A DNA stretch of 64,000 nucleotides from Planctomycetota bacterium (GCA_039033855.1 JBCCBV010000010.1:12207-76206), one strand, 5' to 3'. Positions 24,858-36,457 are shown, counted from the first letter of the stretch. Translations and numbers: made by a program. Notes: generated from the sequence alone by a model not told the origin.

Positions 24858-25835
24858 TCAACCCAGCTGCGACGCGGTAAACGTCGGCCCGGTAGTGCGC
24901 GGGCTCCACCGCCAGGCCGGGCCGCGACGGCGTTCGTAGTCGCGCCACAGCTCGAACCAATACGCCTTGAACTGGAACGGCGCCCACCGCGCGTAGTACG
25001 CATCGATCTGCGCATCCAGTTCCGCCTTAGGCGGGGCCCCGGGCTGGCCCGGCCGGAGCCAGCCGTGGTGCTGCACCATGTGGCGGTACGTCTCGGTGTC
25101 GATCGGGATCCGGTCGTAATGGCCCAGCAGCGTCGCCACGTTCGCGGCGCCGTAAGGCCCGACGCCCGGCAGCGCCAACAGCGCCTCGTACACCTCGGTC
25201 GAAGTCCGCTCGGCCGACTCGAACCACCCAGGGTCCAGCTCGCCGGTGTGCACCCGACGCGCCGCCTCGGCAATCCGCCCGGCCCGATACCCGACCTTGC
25301 ACTTGGCCCGCAACCGATCGGCCCCGAACCGCATCACCTGCTTCGACGACGGAAACGCCCCGCGCCCCACGTGCTTGCACAGCAGCGCGTTCATCCGGAT
25401 CGTGTTCGGCCAGCTCACGTTCTGACCGGTGATCGTCTTGACCAGGTCCTCGAAGAAGCTCGCCGAGCGGAACATCCGGCCGAACCTCCGCCGCCGGGCC
25501 TCCGGACACGCCTTCCACCACCCGACCGGGTCTTCGTCGAACCGCAGCATCCGACGCAACGACGCCTTGATCGCAGACGCCTCGTCACGATCCAGATTCT
25601 TTGAGCACGTAATAGACAACCGGCCGGGCGCTTGCGGACGCACCCGCGCGGGCCGCGTTTCCCGCACCACAACCGTAAACGATCGCCCGGCCGAATCGGC
25701 GAACACGCGCGACATCGCCTGCGCATCGGGGTCCCACGCGTTGGGCGCCAGCAGGAAGTAGCCGTACGAGCACACCGTCCGCGCCAGGTCGAACCCAGGC
25801 GGGGCCGTGATCGATAGCCGTGAACCCGCAGGCAT
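24858..25835 (-). CDS. HhH-GPD superfamily DNA glycosylase (AlkA/3-methyladenine glycosylase II-like)
   Basis: LALPGVGPYGAANVATLLGHYDRIPIDTETYRH is a helix-hairpin-helix GPD motif with the catalytic Asp. Confidence 0.8.
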   Translation of the reverse strand: MPAGSRLSITAPPGFDLARTVCSYGYFLLAPNAWDPDAQAMSRVFADSAGRSFTVVVRETRPARVRPQAPGRLSITCSKNLDRDEASAIKASLRRMLRFDEDPVGWWKACPEARRRRFGRMFRSASFFEDLVKTITGQNVSWPNTIRMNALLCKHVGRGAFPSSKQVMRFGADRLRAKCKVGYRAGRIAEAARRVHTGELDPGWFESAERTSTEVYEALLALPGVGPYGAANVATLLGHYDRIPIDTETYRHMVQHHGWLRPGQPGAPPKAELDAQIDAYYARWAPFQFKAYWFELWRDYERRRGPAWRWSPRTTGPTFTASQLG

Positions 25836-25928
25836 GGCCCGAGCGTAGGCGAAGTGGCACGGACGCCTCGCCCGTGATTGGGCGTTACTTTCCTGGGGTG
25901 GTGCGTGCGTCTCGCCCGTGATGGTGGC

Positions 25929-27362
25929 TTACCGCCGTCGCCGCGCCACGCACAGCCCCGCCAACCCCATCGCCGCCAACGACGCCGGCTCGGGGATCGC
26001 AGCGGCAGGGCTGCTTCCGGGGGCCCCGAAGTTGCGGGCGAGGACATCGAAGTCCAGCAGGTCGACTCGGCTGTCGTCGTTGAAGTCGCCCTGCGACACG
26101 CTGATCGCACGCGAGAAGCCGCCAGACGTGCCGAAGTTTGCTGCCAGCGCATCGAAGTCAAGCATGTCCACCACGCCATCCACCGTGGCGTCGCCGGGCA
26201 GGGCGGGCAGGATTGCCGGCGAGATCAGGCTGATCGCGTCGTACTCGACCACGGCGAGGTACGGGTTGTTCTGGTCGTCGAAAGCAACCGAAGCCGAGTA
26301 AGCGTCATCGAGCCCGGTGTCTTCCACCGCCCACTGCCCCGGCCCGGTGCGGCGCGCGAGCAGCAGGTCATTCGCAGTCTGAAAGAAGAAACTCGCCTCT
26401 CCCAACTCTGAGGTGAGCGCAAGCGCAAGATCGCCGTTGGCGTCGAACGCCAAACTGTTGTAATCCAAGAAGCTGTTGTAGGTCTCGCCGTCAGACGACA
26501 CGACCTCGTCGGTGACATTTCCAGCCGCGTCGATCAGCGCAACCGATACGTGTTGATTCACGACGTAAGCAAAACCGATCTCGCCGTTGGGCCCGGCCGC
26601 CAGACTGACGTTGACCGCGGGAAAACCCGCCGACTGTCCCGTCGAAAACAAGACGGTCCAGTCGCCCGAGGTCTCGCGTCGGCGCACCGTCACCCCCTCC
26701 ACCGGGTCTCGGTGGCTAATGACGGGGCGGTCGGACGAGTCGATCACCATCGTGAATGACCGAACTTGGGGCGCGTCATCTAAAAAGCTCGGCACCTCGG
26801 CCGACCATGTGCCACTGTCGCCCTCCGTGAGAAAAACCCACTGGAAGTCAGGCGTGGCCTGTCGAGCAAGCGTATACCCCTGATCTTGAGAATCCAAGCG
26901 GAGGTACCCCGAAGAGAAACCCTGTGTGCCATCGGCCACGGTTGCGGTAAACCCGCCAGCCCCATCGCGGGTACCAATGGCGACGCCATTCACGCCAAGG
27001 CCGTACACCAAGTCACCGGACGCATCCGCCTGGAAACTCGTACGGCTCACAAGCCCCGCGGGCACCAGAGCATCGACACGCCGACCGGCATCCGCCACCT
27101 CGGCGATGAACGGCTCACTGGTCAGGATGCTGCTGATCGGCTTGTTCACAAAACCCACACGTGGCACACCGTCCGACTCGAAGAACACTTCTGCCGAGGG
27201 TAACCCAACGCCAGTAGAAACGATGTCGTAGGAACGCCCGTCCGGCGGCGTCGCCAACTCCCTCCGGTTCCACGTCTCTCCCCACGCCGGCACCACCGCC
27301 GAACAAGACAGCAGCAATGCCGAAGCACCCACGGCAACATTCCGAGCAAAGCAAGCAGGCAT
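25929..27362 (-). CDS. Secreted PEP-CTERM protein with beta-propeller-like repeats and two dockerin-like repeats
   Basis: ATG at 27362 with a signal peptide (VGASALLLSCSAVVPAWG). C-terminal GDATVDGVVDMLDFD...GDFNDDSRVDLLDFDVLARNFGAPGS...IPEPASLAAMGLAGLCVARRRR. Confidence 0.7.
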   Translation of the reverse strand: MPACFARNVAVGASALLLSCSAVVPAWGETWNRRELATPPDGRSYDIVSTGVGLPSAEVFFESDGVPRVGFVNKPISSILTSEPFIAEVADAGRRVDALVPAGLVSRTSFQADASGDLVYGLGVNGVAIGTRDGAGGFTATVADGTQGFSSGYLRLDSQDQGYTLARQATPDFQWVFLTEGDSGTWSAEVPSFLDDAPQVRSFTMVIDSSDRPVISHRDPVEGVTVRRRETSGDWTVLFSTGQSAGFPAVNVSLAAGPNGEIGFAYVVNQHVSVALIDAAGNVTDEVVSSDGETYNSFLDYNSLAFDANGDLALALTSELGEASFFFQTANDLLLARRTGPGQWAVEDTGLDDAYSASVAFDDQNNPYLAVVEYDAISLISPAILPALPGDATVDGVVDMLDFDALAANFGTSGGFSRAISVSQGDFNDDSRVDLLDFDVLARNFGAPGSSPAAAIPEPASLAAMGLAGLCVARRRR

Positions 27363-27539
27363 GATGGAGCTCCCGGTGGGCCGTGAAAGGCGGGGGTCGC
27401 AGCGGTGCTGCAACAGGTCACGGCCGTCCCACGCAGTATCTCCAGACACGTGAGTCAACTCAACGGAAATCCCCGCCAATCCTCGAAAAATCAACCGCGC
27501 ACACCCGTCTCTCAACTGAGACCCAGACTCACCCCACCC

Positions 27540-28310
27540 TCACGACAGATGCGCGTGGTAGTTCGCCGTCACGCCCCCGGCGCCGGGCAGGCGACGCTCG
27601 AGCACAAACAGCCGGTCCGCCAGGTTCTGGCAGAGCCGGTCGCCGAGTTGGCGGTACATCGCGTACCCCGCGTCGGCCTCGTCGTGGAGTTGTTCGATCG
27701 GTTTGCCGCTGCGCACCACCCAGTCGGCGAAGTGGTCGACAAAGTCGTGGATGCGCTGGCGTGTCCACTCGAAGTGGTACTGGAAGCCGTAGGTCGTCAT
27801 GCCGACCTTGAACGCCTGGACCTTGCACGCATCGGAAGACTGCAACGGCGCCGGCGTGCCGCCCGCGGGCGCTCGGGTCACTTCGCAACCGTGCGCGTGC
27901 GCCACGGGCATCGTCCAGGGCAGCCCGGCCAGCAGCGGGTCCACCGTGCCGAAGAACGACATCTTGACCGGGCCGAGCCCGACCTCGGGCGTGTCCATCT
28001 TGCCGACCTCGCCCCCGAGCGCCACGGCCAACAGCTGCGCGCCCAGGCACACCCCCACGGTGGGCAGGCCGGCTTCGTGTGCCTGGCGGATCAGGTCGAT
28101 CTCGGGCGTCATCCAGGGATGCTTGTCGGCCTCGTCGGTGTTCATCGGCCCGCCCATGACCACTACGCCGTCGAGGTTGTCGAGGTCCGGGGGCAGCGCT
28201 TCGCTGGCGTGCAGGCGCACGGTGTGCAACCGGTGGCCGTGGTCGCGGAGCACTTCGCCCAGCCGGCAGGACGAGTCGAGCGGGTGGTGTTCGAGAACCA
28301 GGATCGCCAT
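27540..28310 (-). CDS. Class I (type 1) glutamine amidotransferase-like protein
   Basis: ATG at 28310: MAILVLEHHP...GVVVMGGPMN...PTVGVCLGAQLLAVALGG (nucleophile elbow GxCxG)...HAHGCEV. Confidence 0.8.
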   Translation of the reverse strand: MAILVLEHHPLDSSCRLGEVLRDHGHRLHTVRLHASEALPPDLDNLDGVVVMGGPMNTDEADKHPWMTPEIDLIRQAHEAGLPTVGVCLGAQLLAVALGGEVGKMDTPEVGLGPVKMSFFGTVDPLLAGLPWTMPVAHAHGCEVTRAPAGGTPAPLQSSDACKVQAFKVGMTTYGFQYHFEWTRQRIHDFVDHFADWVVRSGKPIEQLHDEADAGYAMYRQLGDRLCQNLADRLFVLERRLPGAGGVTANYHAHLS

Positions 28311-28490
28311 GGGGGCCTCGTTTGTGTGAGGAAACGGTGCGGGACCGCATGGTACGCCCGGCAGGCACACCAAACACGACCAATCGGTTGCACAGGGGTT
28401 GTGCCCAAGCCGGCCTCGGGGCAGGATGACGGCTTCCGCAGCCGCCCCGCAACCCACCCCGCACAACCGCGGACCCTTTGGAGAGCCCCG

Positions 28491-29630
28491 ATGACCGACA
28501 CCCCGCCCGAGTCGTCGCCCCCCGCCCCCACCGGAGCCCCCGCCGGCGCCGAAGCGTCGCGCTCGCCCGCGATGCTGCTGGGCCTGATCGCCGTGATCCT
28601 GATCGCCGCCGTGGGCGGGTTCGTCTACTACCAGAGCACGCTGCCCGTGCCCAACGCCGACCGCGCCCGGGCCTTGCTCGGCTTCGGCGAACCCGTCGAC
28701 AACGTCTTGAACCCGCGCTACACCGACGCCGACGGCGACCTGGTCGCCGACCCGCCCGCCAACGCCGACGCGCTGCTCGACCCCGACGTGGTCTACTTCT
28801 CATACCTGCACGCCGGCGCGTCGAACGTGGACCCCGCGGTGTTCCAAACCGTGTTGTTCCCGATCCTCGACCAGGCCACCGGCAAGCGGTTCGCTTATCT
28901 CGAAAACCTGGGCGATGAAAAAGCGCAGCTCATGGCGTTGCGCGACGGCGCGCTGCACGTCACCGCGGTCAACACCGGCGCCGTGCCGTTGGCCGTGAAC
29001 GAAGCCGGCTTCGTGCCCCTGGTCACGCCGGGCGAAGCGGGCGCCGCCACCGTGTACCGGTCGGTCATCATCGCCCCGGCCGCCGGCGCGGTGCAGTCGC
29101 TCGCCGACCTCCGCGGCAAGACGCTCCTGGTGACGCGCCCCAACTCCAACTCGGGGTACAAGGCGCCCATCCTCAAGCTGATGGACCAGGGCCTGAGCCC
29201 GGTCGACCCGCAAGACTTCGAGATCACCTACTCCTATGGGCACGAGGCGTCGATCGCCAAGGTCAAGGCCGCGCAGTGCGACGCCGCCGCCGTCGCCAGC
29301 GACCTGCTGGCCGCGCAGGTGGCCGCCGGCGCCATCTCCGAAGCCGACTACCGCGTCATCGCCGAGTCCGATCCTTTCCCGCCGATCACCATCGGGGTGT
29401 CCAACCAGCTCGACCCCGAGCTCGCCGAGAAGGTGCGCGAAGCGCTCCTGGCCATGTCGCTCGTCGACTCGCCCCTGGCCGAGCAGGTCGCCGGCGGCGC
29501 GTCGGGCATGGTGCCGGTCACCTACAAAGACGCCTTCGCCGTGGTCCGTCAGATCGACAACCGGTTCGGCCAAAAGCACGCCCTGCCCGAGGCCGGCGCC
29601 GAGCCCGCCGAGCCTGCGCAGGGTGGCTAA
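28491..29630 (+). CDS. PhnD-type (phosphonate/phosphite) ABC transporter substrate-binding protein, membrane-anchored
   Basis: ATG at 28491, N-terminal TM anchor LLGLIAVILIAAVGGFVYY, and RPNSNSGYKAPILKL...YSYGHEASI typical of the PhnD family. No permease or ATPase gene is adjacent. Confidence 0.75.
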   Translation: MTDTPPESSPPAPTGAPAGAEASRSPAMLLGLIAVILIAAVGGFVYYQSTLPVPNADRARALLGFGEPVDNVLNPRYTDADGDLVADPPANADALLDPDVVYFSYLHAGASNVDPAVFQTVLFPILDQATGKRFAYLENLGDEKAQLMALRDGALHVTAVNTGAVPLAVNEAGFVPLVTPGEAGAATVYRSVIIAPAAGAVQSLADLRGKTLLVTRPNSNSGYKAPILKLMDQGLSPVDPQDFEITYSYGHEASIAKVKAAQCDAAAVASDLLAAQVAAGAISEADYRVIAESDPFPPITIGVSNQLDPELAEKVREALLAMSLVDSPLAEQVAGGASGMVPVTYKDAFAVVRQIDNRFGQKHALPEAGAEPAEPAQGG

Positions 29631-29741
29631 GGGCCTCGCAAGCTGCGTAAGCCGCGGCGACGCGAAAAATTTGAGCCGGCCGTGGAACCCCCGGGCCGGG
29701 CGCACGTCTTGTCCCAGCACACCCCTTGCTGGAGACCCGCC

Positions 29742-31127
29742 ATGCCCCGCCTTGCCCGTAATGCTCGCCTTGGCCAGACCGTCCTTCGCCTGTCGACCCG
29801 CCGACTGACCGCCTGCCTGGCCGCGCCAGCGCTCGCGGCTAGCGCCTGGATAGCCGGGCCTGCCTTCGCCCAAGCCGACGCCCCGCAACCGCCGCAAGCC
29901 GCGTGTGCATGTGGTGCCGATGCCCAGAACGTCGCCCGTGGCCCGCACGGCTGCTTCCCGCAAGAACAACCGGCCATCGACGTGGCCCTGCTGCTAGACA
30001 CCTCCAACTCGATGGACGGCCTGATCCACCAGGCCAAAGCCCAGCTCTGGGGCGTCGTCGGCGAGTTCGCCAAAGCCCACAAGCACGGCCAGGCCCCGCG
30101 GCTCCGCGTCGCGCTCTTCGAATACGGCAACAACAGCCTGCCCGCCAGCGAAGGCTACATCCGCCAAGTGACCCCGCTCACCAGCGACCTCGACGCGCTA
30201 TCCGAAGCGCTCTTTTCGCTCACCACCAACGGCGGCGACGAGTACTGCGGCCAGGTGATCGACCAGGCGCTGACACGCCTCGACTGGTCGAACCAGCCCG
30301 GCGCGTACAAGGCGATCTTCATCGCCGGCAACGAGCCGTTCACCCAAGGCTCGGTCGATTACCGAGACGCGTGCAACCGCGCCATCCAGACCGGCGTCGT
30401 AGTCAACACCATCCACTGCGGCGCGAGCCAGGCCGGGGCCACCGGCATGTGGGGCCACGCCGCGCAGCTCGCCGAGGGCCGTAGCCTCAACATCAACCAG
30501 GATGAAACCCGCACCGTCCACCTCGAAACGCCGCACGACCACAAGCTGATCCAACTCAACGCCGAGCTCAACAAGACCTACCTGTTCTTTGGCGATGTCG
30601 AGGCCCGCGACCGTTTCGAACGCAACCAGGTTGCGCAAGACGCCAACGCCGAAGGGCTTGGACTGGCCGTGGCCGCGCAGCGCACCGCCACCAAAGCCAG
30701 CGCCGTCTACCGCCAAGCCGGGCGCGACCTGGTCGATGCCATGGCCGCCAACCCCGAGGTGCTCGCCAGCCTGGAAGACGAAGCACTGCCCGCCCCCGTG
30801 GCCGCGCTCCCGGCCGAAGAGCGCGTCGTCTACGTGCAGAGCATGGCCACCCAACGCGCCGACCTGCAACGCCAGATCGCCGAGCTCACGCAGCTGCGCG
30901 ACGGCTTCCTGGTCGAGGCCCGGCGGGAACTCGCCGAGTCGCCCGACGCCCCCGGTGCCACGCTGGGCGAAGCGCTCATCTCCTCCGCCCAGGCCCAACT
31001 CGCCGAAGCCGGCTTCGCCCCGGAAACCCCGCAAGCCCCGGAAACCCCGCAAGCCCCGGACGCCCCGAAAGAGACTTCGGACACCCCCTCGACTCCGAAC
31101 AAGCCCGCCACGCAGGCGGGCGGTTGA
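29742..31127 (+). CDS. von Willebrand factor A domain protein, secreted
   Basis: Signal peptide. MIDAS motif DVALLLDTSNSMDG...GGDEY...IFIAGNE. C-terminal PETPQA-PETPQA-PDAPKE repeats. Confidence 0.75.
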   Translation: MPRLARNARLGQTVLRLSTRRLTACLAAPALAASAWIAGPAFAQADAPQPPQAACACGADAQNVARGPHGCFPQEQPAIDVALLLDTSNSMDGLIHQAKAQLWGVVGEFAKAHKHGQAPRLRVALFEYGNNSLPASEGYIRQVTPLTSDLDALSEALFSLTTNGGDEYCGQVIDQALTRLDWSNQPGAYKAIFIAGNEPFTQGSVDYRDACNRAIQTGVVVNTIHCGASQAGATGMWGHAAQLAEGRSLNINQDETRTVHLETPHDHKLIQLNAELNKTYLFFGDVEARDRFERNQVAQDANAEGLGLAVAAQRTATKASAVYRQAGRDLVDAMAANPEVLASLEDEALPAPVAALPAEERVVYVQSMATQRADLQRQIAELTQLRDGFLVEARRELAESPDAPGATLGEALISSAQAQLAEAGFAPETPQAPETPQAPDAPKETSDTPSTPNKPATQAGG

Positions 31128-31242
31128 TACCGAATCGCCCCGAGTCCCTCGGAACCAAACCGCCGGTCCGTCGACACACGCCGTCCCTTCGCTCGCGCGA
31201 GGGGGCGGCTTTTCGTTGCAAGACCGTCGCGATCCAGTCGCT

Positions 31243-31551
31243 TTACGCCGGCACGCCGTCGTACACCACGACCTTGGCCCAGTCGTCGCGGTACTTGCCC
31301 ACGAACTGGCTGTGCACCGCGTCGGCGTCGCTCTGGTACGCGTCGTGCGCGGCCTTGTCGGCGAACTCGATCAGCAGTTGGTAGTCGTAGCTCGAGTCGA
31401 CCACGTCGCGCGGCGTGCCCGCCGGCGTCAGCACCGTCACCCGGCCGACGTTCGGGCTGTCGGCCAACCCGTGCAGGTCTTTCACGAAGGCGTTGCGCGT
31501 GCCCTCGTTGACATCGACTTCCAGCCAGAACAACACGCAGTGGACAAACAT
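31243..31551 (-). CDS. Dabb (stress-responsive A/B barrel) domain protein
   Basis: ATG at 31551: MFVHCVLFWLEVD...LLIEFADKAAHDAYQSDADAVHSQF, about 100 aa, the typical Dabb pattern. Confidence 0.75.
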   Translation of the reverse strand: MFVHCVLFWLEVDVNEGTRNAFVKDLHGLADSPNVGRVTVLTPAGTPRDVVDSSYDYQLLIEFADKAAHDAYQSDADAVHSQFVGKYRDDWAKVVVYDGVPA

Positions 31552-31710
31552 GGCGGGGCTCCAAAGTGGCGACCGGTCATCGGCGCACCGGCCGAAACGG
31601 TACCGCATCGCACCGAATACGACCCGGCTCGATCACCCGGCCTGCCCCCCTGATCACCCCCTTGGCCCCCAGCGACGCCGGACGGCCTGCCTCGCCCTAC
31701 CCTGCCCGCG

Positions 31711-32508
31711 ATGTCCGACCCCGCCGGTCCCATCCCAGCCTCGCCACTGCCCGCCCAGGATTCGCCGCTGCGCATCGCGCTGCGCCGCGGCGGCATGGCC
31801 GCGCGCAAGAACCTGGGGCCCGGCGTCGCGCTCTGGGCCGTCGGCCTGGCGATCCTGTGGCTCTACTTCGAGACCGACTCCGGCCCGGCCGCGTTCGGGC
31901 GCCTGGCCGACGTGCGCAACGCCGCGGGCCTTTGGTACGCGCTCGTCGCCACCGCCCTGGCCGGGGGCGTGCTGCCCTGGGTGGTCCTCTACCTCCGCCC
32001 GACCACGCGACACCTGGCCACGCGCGGGCGCCTGGCATTCCTCGCTTTGTTCTGGGCCGAACGCGGGGTCGAAGTCCACTTTCTCTACGCCGGCCTGGCC
32101 GCTTTGGTGGGCCACGGCAACGACGCCGGCACCATCGCCACCAAAATCGCATTGGACATGGGCCTGTACGCCGCGCTCTGGGCCATGCCGTCCACCTTGC
32201 TGGCCTACCAGTGCTTCGAGCGCGGCGCGGTCCGACCGGTGCTCCGGCGTGCCCTGACCCGCGACTGGTGGCGGAACGAGAACCTGCCCGTGTTCATCGC
32301 CAACGTCTCCGTCTGGCTTCCGGCCGTCGCGATGATCTACAGCCTGGACCTGGCCCTGCAGGTGCCGATGCAGAACCTGGTGCTCTGCTTCTGGTCGCTC
32401 ATGATGGTTTTTCTGGTCCCGCCGATGCCGCGCAGCGCTTCCAAGGCCGAATCACCCGACCCGCGCACCCCGGCTCAACCCGTCGCGCCGGCGATCCGAT
32501 CCCGGTAG
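31711..32508 (+). CDS. Integral membrane protein, family uncertain (possibly Mpv17/PMP22-like)
   Basis: Several hydrophobic helices (LWAVGLAILWLYF, LWYALVATALAGGVLPWVVLY, VFIANVSVWLPAVAMIY...). ATG start. Confidence 0.55.
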   Translation: MSDPAGPIPASPLPAQDSPLRIALRRGGMAARKNLGPGVALWAVGLAILWLYFETDSGPAAFGRLADVRNAAGLWYALVATALAGGVLPWVVLYLRPTTRHLATRGRLAFLALFWAERGVEVHFLYAGLAALVGHGNDAGTIATKIALDMGLYAALWAMPSTLLAYQCFERGAVRPVLRRALTRDWWRNENLPVFIANVSVWLPAVAMIYSLDLALQVPMQNLVLCFWSLMMVFLVPPMPRSASKAESPDPRTPAQPVAPAIRSR

Positions 32509-32551
32509 CCTGTGGCCAGCCCCGCCCGACCCGCGCCGACCGGAGCCCCGT

Positions 32552-33826
32552 GTGACCGCCGACCTGGAAACGCCTCCGCCGACACCTCCTCCGGCCACCC
32601 CGGAACCATCGGCCGAATCGAACTCGCTTAGCCGAGCCGCCCCCGCGCCGCAGACGCGCCTGGCCCGCATCGAGGTGTTGGCGCCCGTGTCCGTCGTCGT
32701 GCCGGTCTATCACGAGGCCGACAACCTGCCCCACCTGATCGAACGCGTCGAGCAGGTCCGCAACCACTACGGGCTCGACCTCGAACTCGTGCTGGTCGAC
32801 GACAACAGCCGGGACGGCAGCGTGGAAATCGTCGAACAAGCCGGCCGGCCCTGGGTGCGCATGCTCGTCCGAACCGAAGACCCGGGCCTGAGCCAATCGG
32901 TCCTCCACGGCCTGCGCAGCGCGCGCCACCCCGTGGTCGTGGTCATGGACGGCGACCTGAGCCACCCCCCCGAGCGCATCCCCGACATGATCCTGGCCCT
33001 CGACGCCGGCCAGCAGTTCGTCATCGGATCGCGCTACGTGCCCGGCGGGTCTACCGACGACGACTGGGGCTTTTTCCGCTGGCTCAACAGCCGCGTCGCC
33101 ACCGCCCTGGCCAAGCCGCTGACCAAAGCCAAAGACCCCATGGCCGGGTTCTTCGCCTTCCGCCGGGCCGACCTGGACCGCGCCGAGTACCTCAACCCCG
33201 TCGGCTACAAGATCGGCCTCGAACTCATCGTCAAGTGCCGGTTCGACAACATCGGCGAAGTCCCCATCGACTTCTGCGACCGCCAACACGGCGAGAGCAA
33301 GCTGACCTTCAAGCAGCAGCTCAAGTACGTTCAGCACCTTCGTCGTCTGTATCTGTACCGCTTCGCCGCGGCGACCACGCTGATCCAGTTCGGCGTAGTG
33401 GGCGCTTCGGGCGTGGCGGTCAACCTGACGGTGCTCACGATCCTGGCCCTGGCCGGCGCCGCCGACCCGGTGGCCGTGGCGGGCGGCATCGCGGTCAGCG
33501 TGGTCACCAACTTCCTGCTCAACCGCAGGTTCACCTTCAGCTACGCCCGCAACCGCTCGATCGTCAAGCAGTTCGTCGGGTTCTGCGGCGCCAGCGCCAT
33601 GGGCGCTGTGGTCAACTACGCCGTGACCCTGGGCATCAAGCGGCTGGCCCCGGACCTGCCGTTGCAGGTCGCGGCGCTCGGCGGGATCGCCGCGGGCATG
33701 ACGCTCAACTTCCTGGTCAACCGCTTTGTGGTCTTCAAAGCAACCCACCACCGCGAGCCCGGCGCCAAAGTCGAGGCCACGCCGCCAGCCCTGCCTCACC
33801 CGTCCGCGACCGACGCGCCGACTTGA
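32552..33826 (+). CDS. GT2 polyprenol-phosphate mannosyl/glycosyltransferase (Dpm1/Ppm1-like) fused to a GtrA-like membrane domain
   Basis: VSVVVPVYHEADNL...LVLVDDNSRDGS...VVVMDGDLSHPPE (GT2 DxD). The C-terminal four-helix GtrA-like part is LIQFGVVGASGVAVNL...NFLLNRRFTF...LNFLVNRFVVF. Confidence 0.85.
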   Translation: MTADLETPPPTPPPATPEPSAESNSLSRAAPAPQTRLARIEVLAPVSVVVPVYHEADNLPHLIERVEQVRNHYGLDLELVLVDDNSRDGSVEIVEQAGRPWVRMLVRTEDPGLSQSVLHGLRSARHPVVVVMDGDLSHPPERIPDMILALDAGQQFVIGSRYVPGGSTDDDWGFFRWLNSRVATALAKPLTKAKDPMAGFFAFRRADLDRAEYLNPVGYKIGLELIVKCRFDNIGEVPIDFCDRQHGESKLTFKQQLKYVQHLRRLYLYRFAAATTLIQFGVVGASGVAVNLTVLTILALAGAADPVAVAGGIAVSVVTNFLLNRRFTFSYARNRSIVKQFVGFCGASAMGAVVNYAVTLGIKRLAPDLPLQVAALGGIAAGMTLNFLVNRFVVFKATHHREPGAKVEATPPALPHPSATDAPT

Positions 33827-34021
33827 ACGCCCAAGCCAACCGGCAAGGCGACGTTCAACCTTCAATCAAACAACCATGCGGTCGGAGATGCGGCCGGACA
33901 CGCTCTCCCGGGTCATGCGCTGTGCGGCCCCCATGCACATCCACGAGCGAGCTAACGCGCGTACGTTTTATGCCCAATGACGTACTGCAGAGCCTCTTGC
34001 GTGAATCCGCTTCCGGGGGCC

Positions 34022-34059
34022 GAGGCCGGGAGAGAGGCCGGGGGAGAGGCCGGGGGAGA
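34022..34059. repeat. Approximately three tandem copies of a 12-nt unit (AGAGGCCGGGGG); C-rich on the minus-strand transcript
   Basis: Two perfect copies at 34033-34044 and 34045-34056 plus a degenerate copy upstream. Located immediately 3' of the stop of CDS 34061-34342. Confidence 0.8.
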
Positions 34060-34060
34060 C

Positions 34061-34342
34061 TTAGTTCCCGCCGACCTGTTGAATCAGCCGTCCCAGGCGT
34101 TCGAGATCGCGCCCTGCCACCGCCCGATCGACGCGCTGGGCCTCGACGCCGAGCGCTAACAGGTCGGCCTCGGCCTTGGCCCAGAGCTTGTCTTGCTTGG
34201 CCTTGGAGTCGGCGAGGTAAAGCTCCGAGAGCAGGTCGCCGAGCTTGTGCACCCGCCGGGTGTCCTGCTGGTCGTAGTACCTCTTGACGATCTTCTCTTG
34301 ATGCCGGGACAGGTCGCGCTGGGCCATGGGATGCGTCCTCAA
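34061..34342 (-). CDS. Small hypothetical helical protein, apparently co-transcribed with thiC
   Basis: 93 aa (or 88 from MAQRDL at 34327). Begins 12-27 nt after the thiC stop. Coding-like composition; no family recognised. Confidence 0.5.
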   Translation of the reverse strand: MRTHPMAQRDLSRHQEKIVKRYYDQQDTRRVHKLGDLLSELYLADSKAKQDKLWAKAEADLLALGVEAQRVDRAVAGRDLERLGRLIQQVGGN

Positions 34343-34353
34343 CGAAAATGCGA

Positions 34354-36318
<1,965 letters not shown>

Positions 36319-36361
36319 CGTTCACCTACGCAAGAAAGGGGCGTGGCGAAGCGCGACGACG

Positions 36362-36457
36362 TGCCGGGCGCTTCCCTACGCCGGTGTCAGCCGGATCAGG
36401 TTCAACGGGTGCATCTCAGACCGCGGTTCGGCGTGGGCTTGGCGCGGTCGCCCCGAG
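36362..36457 (-). promoter_or_regulatory. TPP (THI-box) riboswitch in the thiC leader
   Basis: The minus-strand RNA reads ...GGUCUGAGAUGCACCCGUUGAACCUGAUCCGGCUGACACCGGCGUAGGGAAGCG.... It contains the conserved CUGAGA, ACCUGAUCCGG and CCGGCGUAGGGAA elements. An AGGUGA RBS follows before the ATG at 36318. Confidence 0.9.

Noticed and set aside
24836-25273. Upstream extension of the MscS-like ORF (24218-25273)
   Set aside because: The extension overlaps the AlkA-like gene in another frame and is Arg/Pro/Trp-rich. The ATG at 24835 gives a normal three-TM MscS-like protein.
27405-28490. N-terminal 362 codons of ORF 27405-29630, plus the minus-strand ORF 27529-28803
   Set aside because: This region is occupied on the minus strand by the glutamine amidotransferase-like gene (27540-28310), which has a clear GxCxG nucleophile elbow. 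The PhnD-like protein has a sensible ATG plus TM anchor at 28491.
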